Shown here: piece after piece, positions 1 through 11,739 of the stretch
How positions within the stretch are numbered: the first letter of the stretch is position 1
How the letters are laid out: each line of letters opens with the position of its first letter
Origin: Octopus sinensis
Lineage: Eukaryota
Direction: 5' to 3'
Length of the DNA stretch: 64,000 bases
Assembly: GCF_006345805.1 (NCBI RefSeq)
Contig: NC_043010.1
Coordinates: forward strand, 28,148,001 to 28,212,000
Translations under genes and position numbers: made by a program
The notes under the pieces: model-generated
Seen by the model: the letters and a program-made list of their open reading frames with translations, nothing else
What the model was told of the DNA's origin: nothing
The model's database searches: none

Positions 1-120
1 AACTTTTGTATCATCTGCATAACTTGTGATCGTGGCTCTCTGCGTGGCTGAGGGAATGTCTGAGAGGGCCATTATGAACAGTAGTGGTCCCAAAACAGTG
101 CCTTGCGGAACACCACTCAC
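1..120 (-). mobile_element. Non-LTR reverse transcriptase fragment (CR1/L2/Jockey group), continues off the window edge
   Basis: Own translation VSGVPQGTVLGPLLFIMALSDIPSATQRATITSYADDTKV (GVPQG and YADD motifs). Confidence 0.85.
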
Positions 121-484
121 TATTTATTATTATTATTATCATTATCATTATTATTGTTATTATCATTATTATCATAATTATCATTATTATTATTATTATC
201 ATTATTATTATTATCATCATCATTATTATCATCATCATCATCATCATCATCATCATTATTATTATTATTATTATTATCATTATTATTATTATTATTATTA
301 CTATTACTATTATTATCATCATCATTATTATTATTATTATTATTACTATTATTATTATTATTATTATCATCATATTATTATTATTATTATTATTACTATT
401 TTTATTATTACTATTATTATTATTATTATTATCATCATTATTATTATTATCATTATTATTATTATCATCATTATTATTATTATC

Positions 485-519
<35 letters not shown>

Positions 520-661
520 ATTATTATTATTATGATTATTATCATTATTATTATCATCATTATTATTATCATTATTATTATTATCATTATTATCATTATT
601 ATTATCATTATTATTATTATTATCATTATTATTATCAATATTATTATTATTATTATTAGTA

Positions 662-704
<43 letters not shown>

Positions 705-710
705 TACTAC

Positions 711-760
<50 letters not shown>

Positions 761-770
761 GTACTACTAC

Positions 771-810
<40 letters not shown>

Positions 811-811
811 T
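121..811. repeat. (TTA/TCA)n microsatellite tract
   Basis: About 690 bp of near-pure trinucleotide repeat. Confidence 0.97.
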
Positions 812-1554
812 GATATACCTGCGCTTGTCTATGCTTGTAGGTCACTCAGGCTACAAGAAATGGCAGCTAAATCTCTGAAGACGGGGTGGATTTAAGTGGA
901 ATGCCTATGAACACAAAAGTTTGCTCAATCAGGATCAACCTGGGGCTGAACAACAATTGGGTTAATGTTTCACTCTGATACATAAAGTATAAGTGGTTAC
1001 TAACTACCGAAGGTGTGTGGCTTAGTGGTTAGGCTGTTGTTGAACTCAGGAATGTGGGATCATGGTTTCAATTCCCAAACTAGGTGGTGTATTGTGTTCT
1101 TGAGCAAAACACATCATTTCAAGTTCTTCCAGTCTTACCGTGTGATGGACCGGGGTTTGTTTAGGGTGGGGTGGGTGTGCTGTAATCTTATATGCCGTGG
1201 AGACTAGGTTAAGTTCAAGCCTTATGAGTCCCAGGGCACAGGACAGAATTAAGTCTAAGTACACTATAAGTCAATGAGCCAAAGAAGGAAGGTCTATGCA
1301 GTCATGGGATATGCTAGAAATAATACCCATATAACTCAGATCTCGTTAAAAAAGAGATACATTGGATAAAGTAGCCCAAAGTATATGTGTCATTCTTTTA
1401 TGTCTCCTTTTCCGTGTTGGCATGGATCAGATGGAACTTTTTGAGGTACCATTTTATGGATTTTCTTCTTGGATGCCAACTCATTTAGTTGCTTGTTTGA
1501 CATGCAGGAACATGGTTCCCCAATTCTAAAAATCAGGAGATACAAGGCACACAA

Positions 1555-1880
1555 TTCGTCATTGTCATCAACATTTAATGTCCATTTTCCATGTTGGCAT
1601 GGGTTGGACGATTTGACAGGAGCTGCCCAGCCGGAGAATTGCTCAGGCCCCAATTTTCTGTTTTGGCAGGGTTTCTACAACTGGATGCCTTTCCTAATTC
1701 CAACCACTTTACAGAGTGTGCTGGGTGTTTTTTACGTGGCACAAGCACCAGTGCTTTATATGTGACACCAACATGGGTGCTTTATATGTGGAACTGGCAT
1801 GGGTACCTTTTACATGACACCAGCATGTGTGCCTTTTATGTGGCACCAGCATGGGTGCTTCTTATGTGGGACTGGCACTA
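1555..1880 (-). mobile_element. RTE 3'-tail copy (similar copies near 11480, 13980, 19240, 23590, 24170, 39400, 40010, 55995, 60820)
   Basis: Shared block CTACAGCTGGATGCCCTTCCTAAYGCCAACCAC plus (CAT)n, matching the RTE LINE 3' end. Confidence 0.8.
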
Positions 1881-2010
1881 AAAAACAATAAGCAATAGAT
1901 GCTCAATGTTTGATCATAATCTCTTAAAGCAATTAAAAATAAGAACAAAAACACACAAAAATAAGGGACAAAAAATAAGACATGCAAATGTTTAAGAGCG
2001 CTGAACTTAC

Positions 2011-2159
2011 CATTCAGGAGGCCATCTATGTTTATCAATAAACAACTGGTTCTCCAAACTGAGAGTTTTGTAGAGTTTCACATATTGTGGGAATATGTCG
2101 AGAAAATGAACACAAAGGTAGTGAAGGCACCACTTTGCAAGCTGTACGGCATTGTGTAG
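2011..2159 (-). CDS. RhoBTB: RhoBTB coding exon 7 (C-terminal domain); terminal exon presumed left of the window
   Basis: ttccag|LHNAVQLAKWCLHYLCVHF...ENQLFIDKHRWPPE(TG)|GTAAGT; 149 nt, phase 0 to 2; HRWPP motif of the RhoBTB C-terminus; no stop codon reached. Confidence 0.92.
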
Positions 2160-2300
2160 CTGGAAGGAAAAGGAACATAGAGATGACAGCGAGAACCATA
2201 CAAGGGATTGACATCACAGTAAATGTACAAAACCGTGAAAATTTCAGAGGGTGAAGAGATGGGGATAATTTGAACTTCCATTTTCTACTGAAATTTCATA

Positions 2301-2691
2301 CTCTTTACTGTTTTACTTATTTCAGTCATTTGACTGCAGCCTTGCTGGAGCACTGCCTTTAGTTGAGCATATCAACCCCAGGACTTATTCTTTGTAAGCC
2401 TAGTACTTATTCTATTGGTCTCTTTTGCCGAACCACTAAGTTACGGGGACGTAAACACACCAGCATCAATTGTCAAGCAATGTTGGAGGGACAAACACAG
2501 ACACACAAACACACACATATATATACATATACACGACGAGCTTCTTTCAGTTTCTGTCTACCAAATCCACTCACAAGGCTTTGGTCGGCTCGAGGCTATA
2601 GTAGAAGACACTTGCCCACGGTGCCACGCAGTGGGACTGAACCCAGAACCATGTGGTTGGTAAGCAAGCTACTTACCACACAGCCACTCCT
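2301..2691 (-). mobile_element. SINE family B
   Basis: Reverse complement of 57457-57830. Confidence 0.85.
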
Positions 2692-2802
2692 GGTTAACTT
2701 TTATTCCAAACATTAGCTTGATAGCAACAAAGTTATCTAATCAAATTCTTCGTTATTTTAAAAACTAATTGAAACAAAATGAATTCAACAGAAATACATT
2801 AA

Positions 2803-3220
2803 TAGGTGCAGATGTGGCTGTGTAGTAAGAAGTTTGCTTCCCAACTGTATGGTTCCAGGTTCAGTCCCTCTGTGTGGCACTTTGGGCAGGTGTCTTCTAC
2901 TATAGGCTCAGGCTGACCAAAGCCTTGAGAGTGGATCAGGTAGAAGGAAACTGAAAGAAGCTCTTTGTATATATATATATATATATATATATAGACATGT
3001 GTGTGTGTTTTCCATCATGACCACCACCACTTGCCAACTGGTGTTGGTTGGTTTATGTCCCCCACAACTTAGCAGTTTGGCAAAAGAGAATGATAGAATG
3101 AGTATCAGGCTTAAAAAAAAACAAGTACTGGGGGGTGATTTGCTTGACTAAAATTCCACTCAAATGAGTGCCCCAGCATGGCCACAGTCTAATGACTGAC
3201 ACAAGTAAAAGAATAAAAGA
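2803..3220 (+). mobile_element. SINE family B
   Basis: Aligns with 57457-57830. Confidence 0.8.
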
Positions 3221-3328
3221 TAACAAAAGGGTTTATGATGGGATCAACAAGTGAAATGAATTGGCTACGATCTAAATAAACAAAGCAATCTGAGGTAACA
3301 GATAAAGGAAGGCAGTTCTGTAACAAAC

Positions 3329-3568
3329 CTGTGCAGTTTCCAGAATACTCAACACATCTTCCATAATGTTAACATTGGCATCTTCCTGTATTCCCAACTC
3401 CTGGACGACATGCCCTTCAGTGAAAGCAACAAGACGAGGGAGGCACAAACGATTAGCCACCTCAATTAGGCTCATACAATCAACACCAGCCATACATGGT
3501 GATTCACCTGTGTAAAGGTACTCTTGGAGAGCTTTAAAGGTATCTTTGCAGATACCTGGGAATGAAAT
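3329..3568 (-). CDS. RhoBTB: RhoBTB coding exon 6 (second BTB domain)
   Basis: ttacag|ISFPGICKDTFKALQEYLYTG...ANRLCLPRLV...VLSILETAQ|GTTTGT; 240 nt, phase 0 to 0. Confidence 0.93.
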
Positions 3569-3914
3569 CTGTAAAAAGGGAGAAAAACAGCATAAAATTA
3601 ATACACGCTCACTAATGCTTGCTTTGTCTCTCCTCCTCCTCCTCCTCTCTCTCTCTCTAGATTGTGCTTCCACCATCACTCTTTCTCTCTCTCTCTCAAT
3701 GGGCTCTCACTCCCTCTCTATATCTAGATGTCTCCCTCTTGTTCTCCCACTTCTCTCCTTGTTAACCCTCTGTATGTAGGAGTGTTTCTCTCTTTTTTTT
3801 CTCCCTTTTCTCTCCCTCTATATACAAGTATCTCTCTTTCTTTCTCTAACTCTAGATAGTCTTTCTCCTATTCTATCTTTGTACCTCCTTCTTGTTGTCT
3901 ATACTTAGATAATC

Positions 3915-4040
3915 TCTCTCTCTCTCTCTCTCACTCTTTCTTTCACACAAACACTCTCTCTCTCCCTGTCTCTTTCTCTCTCTCTCTCTCTCACTCTTTC
4001 TTTCACACAAACACTCTCTCTCTCCCTGTCTCTTTCTCTC
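3915..4040. repeat. 60-bp tandem duplication in a CT-rich tract
   Basis: Sequence at 3931 recurs at 3991. Confidence 0.85.
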
Positions 4041-4211
4041 TCTCTCTCTTACTCTCTCTCTCTCTCTCTCTCTCTCCCTCTCTGCACATATATGTTACCC
4101 ACTCATCCATCCATCTGTCTGACTATTTGATACACCAAATGACGGAATGATCACAAAAAGTCTTTATTCAAAGATTTGCTTCATCAATAATGTCTTGGAC
4201 TAAACACCACC

Positions 4212-4243
<32 letters not shown>

Positions 4244-4283
4244 CAACAAAATCAGCAACAAAAAGAAAAACAGGTAAAATTAC

Positions 4284-4402
4284 CACTTTTGCCGAAGATT
4301 CCCGAAAGTTATCACTAAACATTGCATACATCATTTCACAGTGAGCCATCAGGAGGGGTTTGTGTGCTCGAACCATTCCATCATCAACTTCAAATGTGAC
4401 AT
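4284..4402 (-). CDS. RhoBTB: RhoBTB coding exon 5 (start of second BTB domain)
   Basis: ctgcag|AT-VTFEVDDGMVRAHKPLLMAHCEMMYAMFSDNFRESSAKV|GTAATT; 119 nt, phase 1 to 0. Confidence 0.92.
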
Positions 4403-4412
4403 CTGCAGTGGG

Positions 4413-4427
4413 ATAATAATAATAATG

Positions 4428-4507
<80 letters not shown>

Positions 4508-4518
4508 AATAATAATGA
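4413..4518. repeat. (TAA/TGA)n tract between the RhoBTB exon 5 acceptor and a Dong LINE
   Basis: Trinucleotide run visible directly. Confidence 0.95.
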
Positions 4519-7294
4519 AATCTTAATGAAATCAGCAAACAATCAACGCTACTGAGCAACAAAAAGAAAACAAAAATACTCCGCAAATATAACATCACAG
4601 AAAAAGATTTACCTGAGATAAAAGAAAAGCTGAAGCAAGATATCCTTGTCAAAGCACAAAGGATCCGCCAGTACGAGAAACGCCAGCGCTTCTTTGAACA
4701 AAACAAAAAGTTCAACTCCAACCCGAAAAAGTTCTACCAAGAACTTGGCAAAAATAAAATAGAAGTCACTGCAGCACCAACGGCAGAAGAATTTGAAGAA
4801 TTCTGGAGAGAAATATGGTCGGCGAATGAACAACCAAAAAAAAGGAGTATCAAAATAACAAACTCGGCATCTGAACAACTTTGGACCCCCCATAACAACT
4901 GAAGAGGTCACCCAGGCACTGCAAAGACTAAGCAACTGGAAGGCACCAGGGCATGACAAGATCCCCAACTTCTGGTTGAAATATCTAACAGGAATGCACA
5001 AAAAGCTGGCTGAAAACTTTAACAACATACTAGCAGAGCCAGAGACAATGCCAGAATGGCTCGCGAAGGGGAAAACCATCTTAATTCCCAAATCAAATGA
5101 GACAGCAAAACCAGAAAACTACAGACCAATAACCTGCCTCCCTACAATGTTCAAGGCATTTACTGCAGTGATATCGCAAAGGTTGAACAAGCACCTGGAC
5201 GAAAACAAACTGTTCCCAGAAGAGCAGAAAGGATGCCGCAAAGGCTCATATGGCTGTAAAGATCAACTAATGATTAATAGCCATAACTGAAGACAGCTAC
5301 AGAAAGAAGAAAGGCCTCAGTATGGCCTGGATTGACTACAAAAAGCGTTTGATAGCATCTCCCACACATGGATCCTCGAAACACTAGCCATTAACAAAGT
5401 AGCACCAACAATCATAAAATTCATAGAGCACTCTATGAATAAATGGCAAACAGTCCTACACCTCCAAACAAAAGAGGGACTCATGAAAACCAAAGACATC
5501 CCCATTAGAAGAGGAATATTCCAGGGACACTCTCTCTCTCCACTCCTTTTCTGCTTGGCACTGTCACCTCTATCTGATATACTAAATAGAACTGGATGCG
5601 GATATAAATGTTACGGCAAAACGATCAGCCACCTTTTATATATGGATGACCTAAAACTATACGCTGCAAATACAAACAGCTGGAAACCTATTAAAGACAG
5701 TTCATGGATTTACCAAAGAAATAGATATGAAATTGGATTAGAAAAATGTGCCAAAGTAACCATGAAAAGAGGAAAACTAGTTAAGAGTAGCAACACCTCA
5801 CACTAGATAAAACCAATGAAATAAAAGAATTAGACCAAAGCCAAACTTACAAATACTTAGGAATCCATGAACTAGATAAGACACAACACACACAAATGAA
5901 AGAGAAAATAAAAAAGAATATTATAGACGAGTTAGATCAATACTAAAACAGAGCTCAATGCTAAAAACAAGATAATAGGTATTAACACTTTAGCTGTCCC
6001 TGTTATAAGTTACAGCTACAATATCCTTAACTGGACACGAAATGAACTGACCAAAATAGATAGGAAACAAGAAAATTCTGACAGGATCTAGGATGCATCA
6101 CCCAAAATCTGACATAGAAAGACTATATATACAACGTATAGAAGGTGGTAGAGGCCTTATACAACTGGAAAACTACTATAAAATAACCACCATAGGACTG
6201 CAAAATTATCTACTTCAGAAGGAAGGAAAACTGATACAAGTAGCGGCAAAACACAAGCAAAACAAAAAACTGTTCTCAGTATTTAAGGAAGCTGACAAAT
6301 ACAAACAAGAAATCATACCACCTAATAAATATGAAGAAGAAGAAGAAGAAGATGAAGAAACAACAAAAGCTATAAAACAAATGAAATCCAAACTAAAAAT
6401 AGAACAGCAACGAACCATGATAAAACGATGGCAAGAAAAGCCCCTTCATGGTAAGTACTGGACCAAACTAAACGCAAAAGAAATAGACAAAGAAAAATCC
6501 CAGCAATGATTGAGAAGCTCAGGACTCAAAGCAGAAACAGAGGGATTTTTAATTGCAGCACAAGACCAAAGCCTCCCCACCAGAAATTACCAAAAACATG
6601 TAATGAAAAGAAATATAACAAGTAACTGCAGAATATGTGGAGATGGACAAGAAACAATAAATCATATTATCTCTAGCTGCCCAGTCCTGGCTAAGAAGAA
6701 ATATATTCACAGACACGACAGAGTTGGAACCTACATACATTGGAAGCTATGCCAACATTATGGAATAACAACAGAAAAAAGATGGTATAGGCACACACAG
6801 AAAAGGTCACAGAAAACGAGAAAGCAACCATACTCTGGGATATGCCGATACACACAGATAGAGAAATTAAGGCCAACAGACCAGATATAGTTGTCAGAGA
6901 TCATGAAGAAAAAAAATGCTTTCTAATTGATGTATCAATACCGGCAGATGACAACGTGTCTCTAAACTAAAGAAATGGAGAAACTCTCAAAATACAAAGA
7001 CCTGGAAATAGAGGTAACTAGAATGTGGAACCTGAAAACAGAAACAATTCCTATCATAGTAGGTGCATTAGGCATGATAAAAAAATATTCAGACAAATAC
7101 ATAACAAAAACACCAGGACTTACAAACATATAACATACAGAAAATTGCACTACTAGGCACTGCACATATCCTACGCAGCACACCTTCCATACAATAACCA
7201 TCAGAGCATCACAACAAATCACAACACATACCCAAGGCACACAGAGCTGCGCTCGGTAGTGAAGTGAAAGCACGCTATAAAAATAAAACTACTG
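4519..7294 (+). mobile_element. 5'-truncated, frameshifted Dong/R4-type LINE (RT, CCHC, restriction-like endonuclease)
   Basis: YRPITCLPTMFK, GIFQG.SLSPLLF, YMDDLKLY, GGRGL, LKAETEGFLIAAQDQ, CRICG..ETINHIISSC, RHD, NRPDI/IDVSIP; (TAA)n on both flanks. R4/Dong assignment comes from motif recognition. Confidence 0.88.
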
Positions 7295-7315
7295 AATAAT
7301 AATAATAATAATAAT

Positions 7316-7870
7316 GAATGCCCTGATGCAGTACCAGGCAGTGGCTCTCATGGCTTCTGATCTTAACTGATTGGAGGTGTTATCATGTACATTGTTTTGT
7401 CTTGGTATAAAAGATGGGCTACAGCAAATATTCTGCTCAATACCACAGATTTGCTTGTCAGTTGTTTGACCATAACCAGTTGAGCATGTCCCTTAGTGGC
7501 TGACAATACGTGCATCTCTGATCATGAGCAGAAGTAGTGGGGGAGCATCATAGCCATGTGTTGAGAGGAATTCTTTGAGGTTTGGATAATTCACCTTCGG
7601 AAACATGGGTGTTTCGTTCAACATCCTTAATCCTTATTCAATGACCTTTTGAGTGGGATGGGCTACTCGACCTGAAGAAAATTCTAACTGGACCCCACCT
7701 GCAAGGTCATGTGCTGTTTATCTTGATATGAGATCACCATGTCGCGCACATATGGTTGTGATGCATGTGCCTGGTGTACCCTTATCAGACGGGTAGTCAT
7801 GATGGGTATACTGGGCTTTGTATATTTAACCCCAGTGTCACTTTGATGGCATGCTCTGCTCGCTCACTCA
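7316..7870 (+). mobile_element. About 550-bp non-coding element flanked by (TAA)n (family F)
   Basis: Near-identical copies at 41154-41721 (-), 35080-35460 (3' part) and 18362-18510 (5' part); no ORF. Confidence 0.85.
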
Positions 7871-7909
7871 ATAATAATAATAATAATAATATAATAATAA
7901 TAATAAAAG

Positions 7910-7988
<79 letters not shown>

Positions 7989-7995
7989 GATGATG

Positions 7996-8048
<53 letters not shown>

Positions 8049-8128
8049 AATGATGATAATAATAATGATAATAATAATGATGATAACAACAACAACAACA
8101 GCAATGATGATGATGATGATAATAATAA
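7871..8128. repeat. (TAA/TGA)n microsatellite
   Basis: Visible directly. Confidence 0.95.
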
Positions 8129-8340
8129 TCCTTTCTACTAAAGGCACAAGGCCTGAAATTTGGGGGCAAGGAGATAGTTGATTACATTGACCCCAGTACT
8201 CAACTGGTACTTATTTTATCAACCCCGAAAGAATAAAAGGCTAAGTTGACCTCACCGGAATTTGAACTCAGAATGTAAAGAAGGTTGAAATGCCACTATT
8301 AATTTTGCTAAGGATGGTAATGATTCTGCCAGCTCACCAA
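8128..8340 (-). mobile_element. SINE family G abutting (TAA)n
   Basis: Reverse complement of the family. Confidence 0.75.
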
Positions 8341-9234
8341 TAATAATTTTTTCTTTATTAACCACTAAGGGTTTGCAAAAAAATTGGGGACAAAACAGGA
8401 CAATTCAATGTCGGGTTACATAAAAGGTGTGTGAAAAGTAAAAAGCAGGAACAGCATAAAATGTTAACAATGAATAATTCCCCAGAAGAGGGAGACTTCC
8501 TGGAGATGCTTGTAGAAACCCCACAAACCTGGGTGACCCTGTCTAGTAGGGCAAGTGCCTTCTCCATACCGTCTACAGGCACATGCTTAGAGTAGGCCCA
8601 TTCATCTGGGCCATTCTTGCCATATTTACCCATAAAATTGCTGGGAGGCAACACTTGTCTCTCTACTCTCACTTTCCTTTGCAAGTGAATCTTGAAAAAG
8701 TTGATAAGAGCTTGGCCAAAGAAGAAAGTATCTGTTTTCAGCCCTTTCAATCTGGTCCATCACACAACCTCTTTTGCTAAGGCCACCAGACAAAGAAACT
8801 GCCTGCCCTTGCTGGTCAAAGGAAGGTGGCAGGATGATCTCCACAATGGACTCAGCTGATAGTTGGAGCCATCCTACATGTAACAGCAGGTGTTTAACAC
8901 AATTCCCTCAATTCAGCAATGCTCAGCCACTGGATGAGAGTATGCAGAAGTTTCGTCACTCTGCAAGCATCTTCAGCAAGCCTGACTGACAGCACTTCCA
9001 TGCCTGCAGAATTTATCCCAAACTAAAGCACTAGGAACCTTAACAAACACTATCAGTGTGTGGACTTTGAAGATGATAGTATTTGTTATGGTCACTCAAT
9101 TTTTTTTGATTGGTCAATCAACTGAATGAGTAAATGGAATTATGAATGTACATATAATACACATCAGAAACAGCTTAAGCCTAAGATTCACAAATAAAGA
9201 AATATGTAAGGCCTATTAATTATACCTTCTCTTA

Positions 9235-9271
<37 letters not shown>

Positions 9272-9272
<1 letters not shown>

Positions 9273-9656
9273 GTGGCACTCCATTGGTTACGACGAAGAG
9301 GGTTCCAGTTGATCCAATCAATGGAACAGCTTGCTCGTGAAATTAACGTGCAAGTGGCTGAGTACTCCACAGACACATATACCCATAACGCAGTTTTTGG
9401 GGGAGAGTCAGCATGACAGAGTGTGACAAGGCTGGCCCCTTTGAAATACAGGTACAACAGAAACAAGAAGAAAGAGTGAGAGAAATTTGTGGTGAAAGAG
9501 TACAGCAGGGTTCACTCCCCCCACCCTTCTGCAGGAGCTTTATGGAGCCTTAGGTGTTTTCGCTCAATAAATACTCATAATGGCCAGTCTGGGAATTGAA
9601 ACTGCAATTCTACAACCGCAAGTTTGCTGCCCTAACCACTGGGCCATTGTGCCTCC
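9272..9656 (-). mobile_element. SINE family A, older copy
   Basis: Aligns with 13080-13461. Confidence 0.8.
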
Positions 9657-9792
9657 ACACACACACACACACACACACATAATGTAGGTATGTAAAATTC
9701 AAGCTGTTTCCTCTTGAAACAAATTTACTTATTCCAGTACTCCAATTCTGTATATAGTTGCTACATTTATGTGAGGAACATATTAGACAATA

Positions 9793-9963
9793 CAGTTCTA
9801 TACTTAGGAGATGAGGAATTATGTACATTATTTACATTATTTACATTTGATGGATATCTGTCCTCATCTTGTTCGTTGTTATCATAACGTTTTGGTTGAT
9901 ATACCCTTCAGCATTCATCATGGGTTCTCATTCCTAAGGTATTTTTTATGTTTTTGTTGTTGT

Positions 9964-9996
<33 letters not shown>

Positions 9997-10069
9997 TATT
10001 ATTATTACAATTATTATTATTATTATTATTATTATTACAATTATTATTATTATTATTATTATTATTACA

Positions 10070-10118
<49 letters not shown>

Positions 10119-10272
10119 CGGTCACTGCCTGGAATCGAACTCGGAATCTTGGGGTTAGTAGCCCTAGCTTTTAACCACGGGCATATGGTGTAGTGGTTAA
10201 GAGCATGGGCTACTGACCCCAAGATTCCGAGTTCGATTCCAGGCAGTGACCTGAATAATAATAATAATAATA

Positions 10273-10312
<40 letters not shown>

Positions 10313-10340
10313 TGTAATAATGATAATAGTAATAATAATG

Positions 10341-10375
<35 letters not shown>

Positions 10376-10376
10376 T

Positions 10377-10412
<36 letters not shown>

Positions 10413-10577
10413 GCAACAACAACATCAAAAAATACCTTAGGAATGAGAACTCAGGTTCAAAATTTTCCCAAGACACCTGATGAAGGCTGGAGGGTATATC
10501 AGCCGAAACGTTGAGTTAACAACAAACAAGATGAGGACAAATATCCATCAAATGTAAATAATATAAATAATGTACAT
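9793..10577. mobile_element. Head-to-head palindromic element, copy 1: two arms of tRNA-like head, (TAA)n and hammerhead tail
   Basis: Left arm is the reverse complement of the right; A box 10186-10196, B box GTTCGATTCC 10231-10240. Confidence 0.85.
10472..10517 (+). ncRNA. Minimal type-I hammerhead ribozyme motif
   Basis: GACAC-CTGATGA-A-GGCTG-gagggtatat-CAGCC-GAAA-CG-T-T-GAGTT; intact core, one stem I mismatch. Confidence 0.7.
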
Positions 10578-10876
10578 GATGAACGTACTGGAGTTGAACA
10601 TTCTGGAAATATTGTTTGCAGAGTTATATAACATAACAGCAAGTTGGAAAAATTTTTTAGAATTACTCATTCACCATTACACGTTTCATTTGCAAATAGA
10701 AATCACAAAATTGCACATGTGGGATACACATGTAAAAAAATTCCTATTAGAATTTCTAACAGGAAATTTCATACATGTTTCTCCTACAAGTACAATTTTG
10801 TAATTCATATTAGCAAACAAAACATGTTTAATGGTGAATAAATAATGCTAAAAATTTTTCCCACTTCCTCATATGT

Positions 10877-10913
<37 letters not shown>

Positions 10914-11739
10914 CTTTTGTTTGTATTTCTAAGGTATGTAATAATCTTTATTATTCCCAAATATATTTGAACTAGTCCTAATCTTGGTTGTTATAGGCAC
11001 CACATTTCAGTTATTGTACTCTTCAGCCTACTTCAGGCATCTTCAGGTGAAGAGCATTCTTGGAATTTGGAACTAACCCCTTTCTCAAATCTATGGGGAC
11101 AGATTGTTCTTGTTCCACTGTCCTTAATAAGGATATCTCCTCAGTAAGTATTTTATTATTCATAATGTGGGGACTTTGTTATGCTTTGACTAGGGTACAT
11201 ATAGCTTGACTGGCTGAGGGATTGAACAGCCCTACTTCTCCAAGGATTTAATCAAAAGCTTGGTTCAAATTCCAAGAATATTACAAGATAATAGGCACAA
11301 GTGTGGCTGTGTGGTTAAGATGCTTGCTTCCTAACCACATGGTTTTGGGTTCAATCCCATTCTGTGGTAACTTGGGCAAATGTCTTGGGTTGACCAAAGC
11401 CTTGTGAGTGAAACTGGTAAAAAGAAACTGAAAGAAACCCATTCTATGCATATGTATGTATGTATGTATGTATGTGTATATATCATCATCATCACCATCA
11501 TTGTTTAATGTCCGTTTTCCATGCTGGCATGGGTTGGACGATTCAACTGGGGTCTGGGAAGCCAGGAGGCTGCACCAGGCTCCAGTCTGATCTGGCAATG
11601 TTTCTACAACTGAATGCCCTGCCTAATGCCAACCACTCCAAGAGTGTAGCGGGTGCTTTTTTTACATGCCACCAGCACATATATATGAGTTTGTGTGTAT
11701 ATATATACATATGTATGTGTGTGTATATATATATATATA

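Noticed and set aside
806-820. CGCAG|G TAT ATC AAA TAA would extend RhoBTB as ...WPPEWYIK*
   Set aside because: No pyrimidine tract, the stop is the start of a microsatellite, and the expected basic C-terminal tail is missing; probably chance.
11-845. Long poly-Ile/Tyr/Leu ORFs (also near 7800, 9900, 18200, 27250)
   Set aside because: These are translations of trinucleotide microsatellites.
10179-10253. Apparent tRNA genes at SINE heads (also 13390-13461, 22139-22210, 54138-54210)
   Set aside because: Acceptor stems are not closed and the heads continue into repeat bodies; they are SINE promoters.
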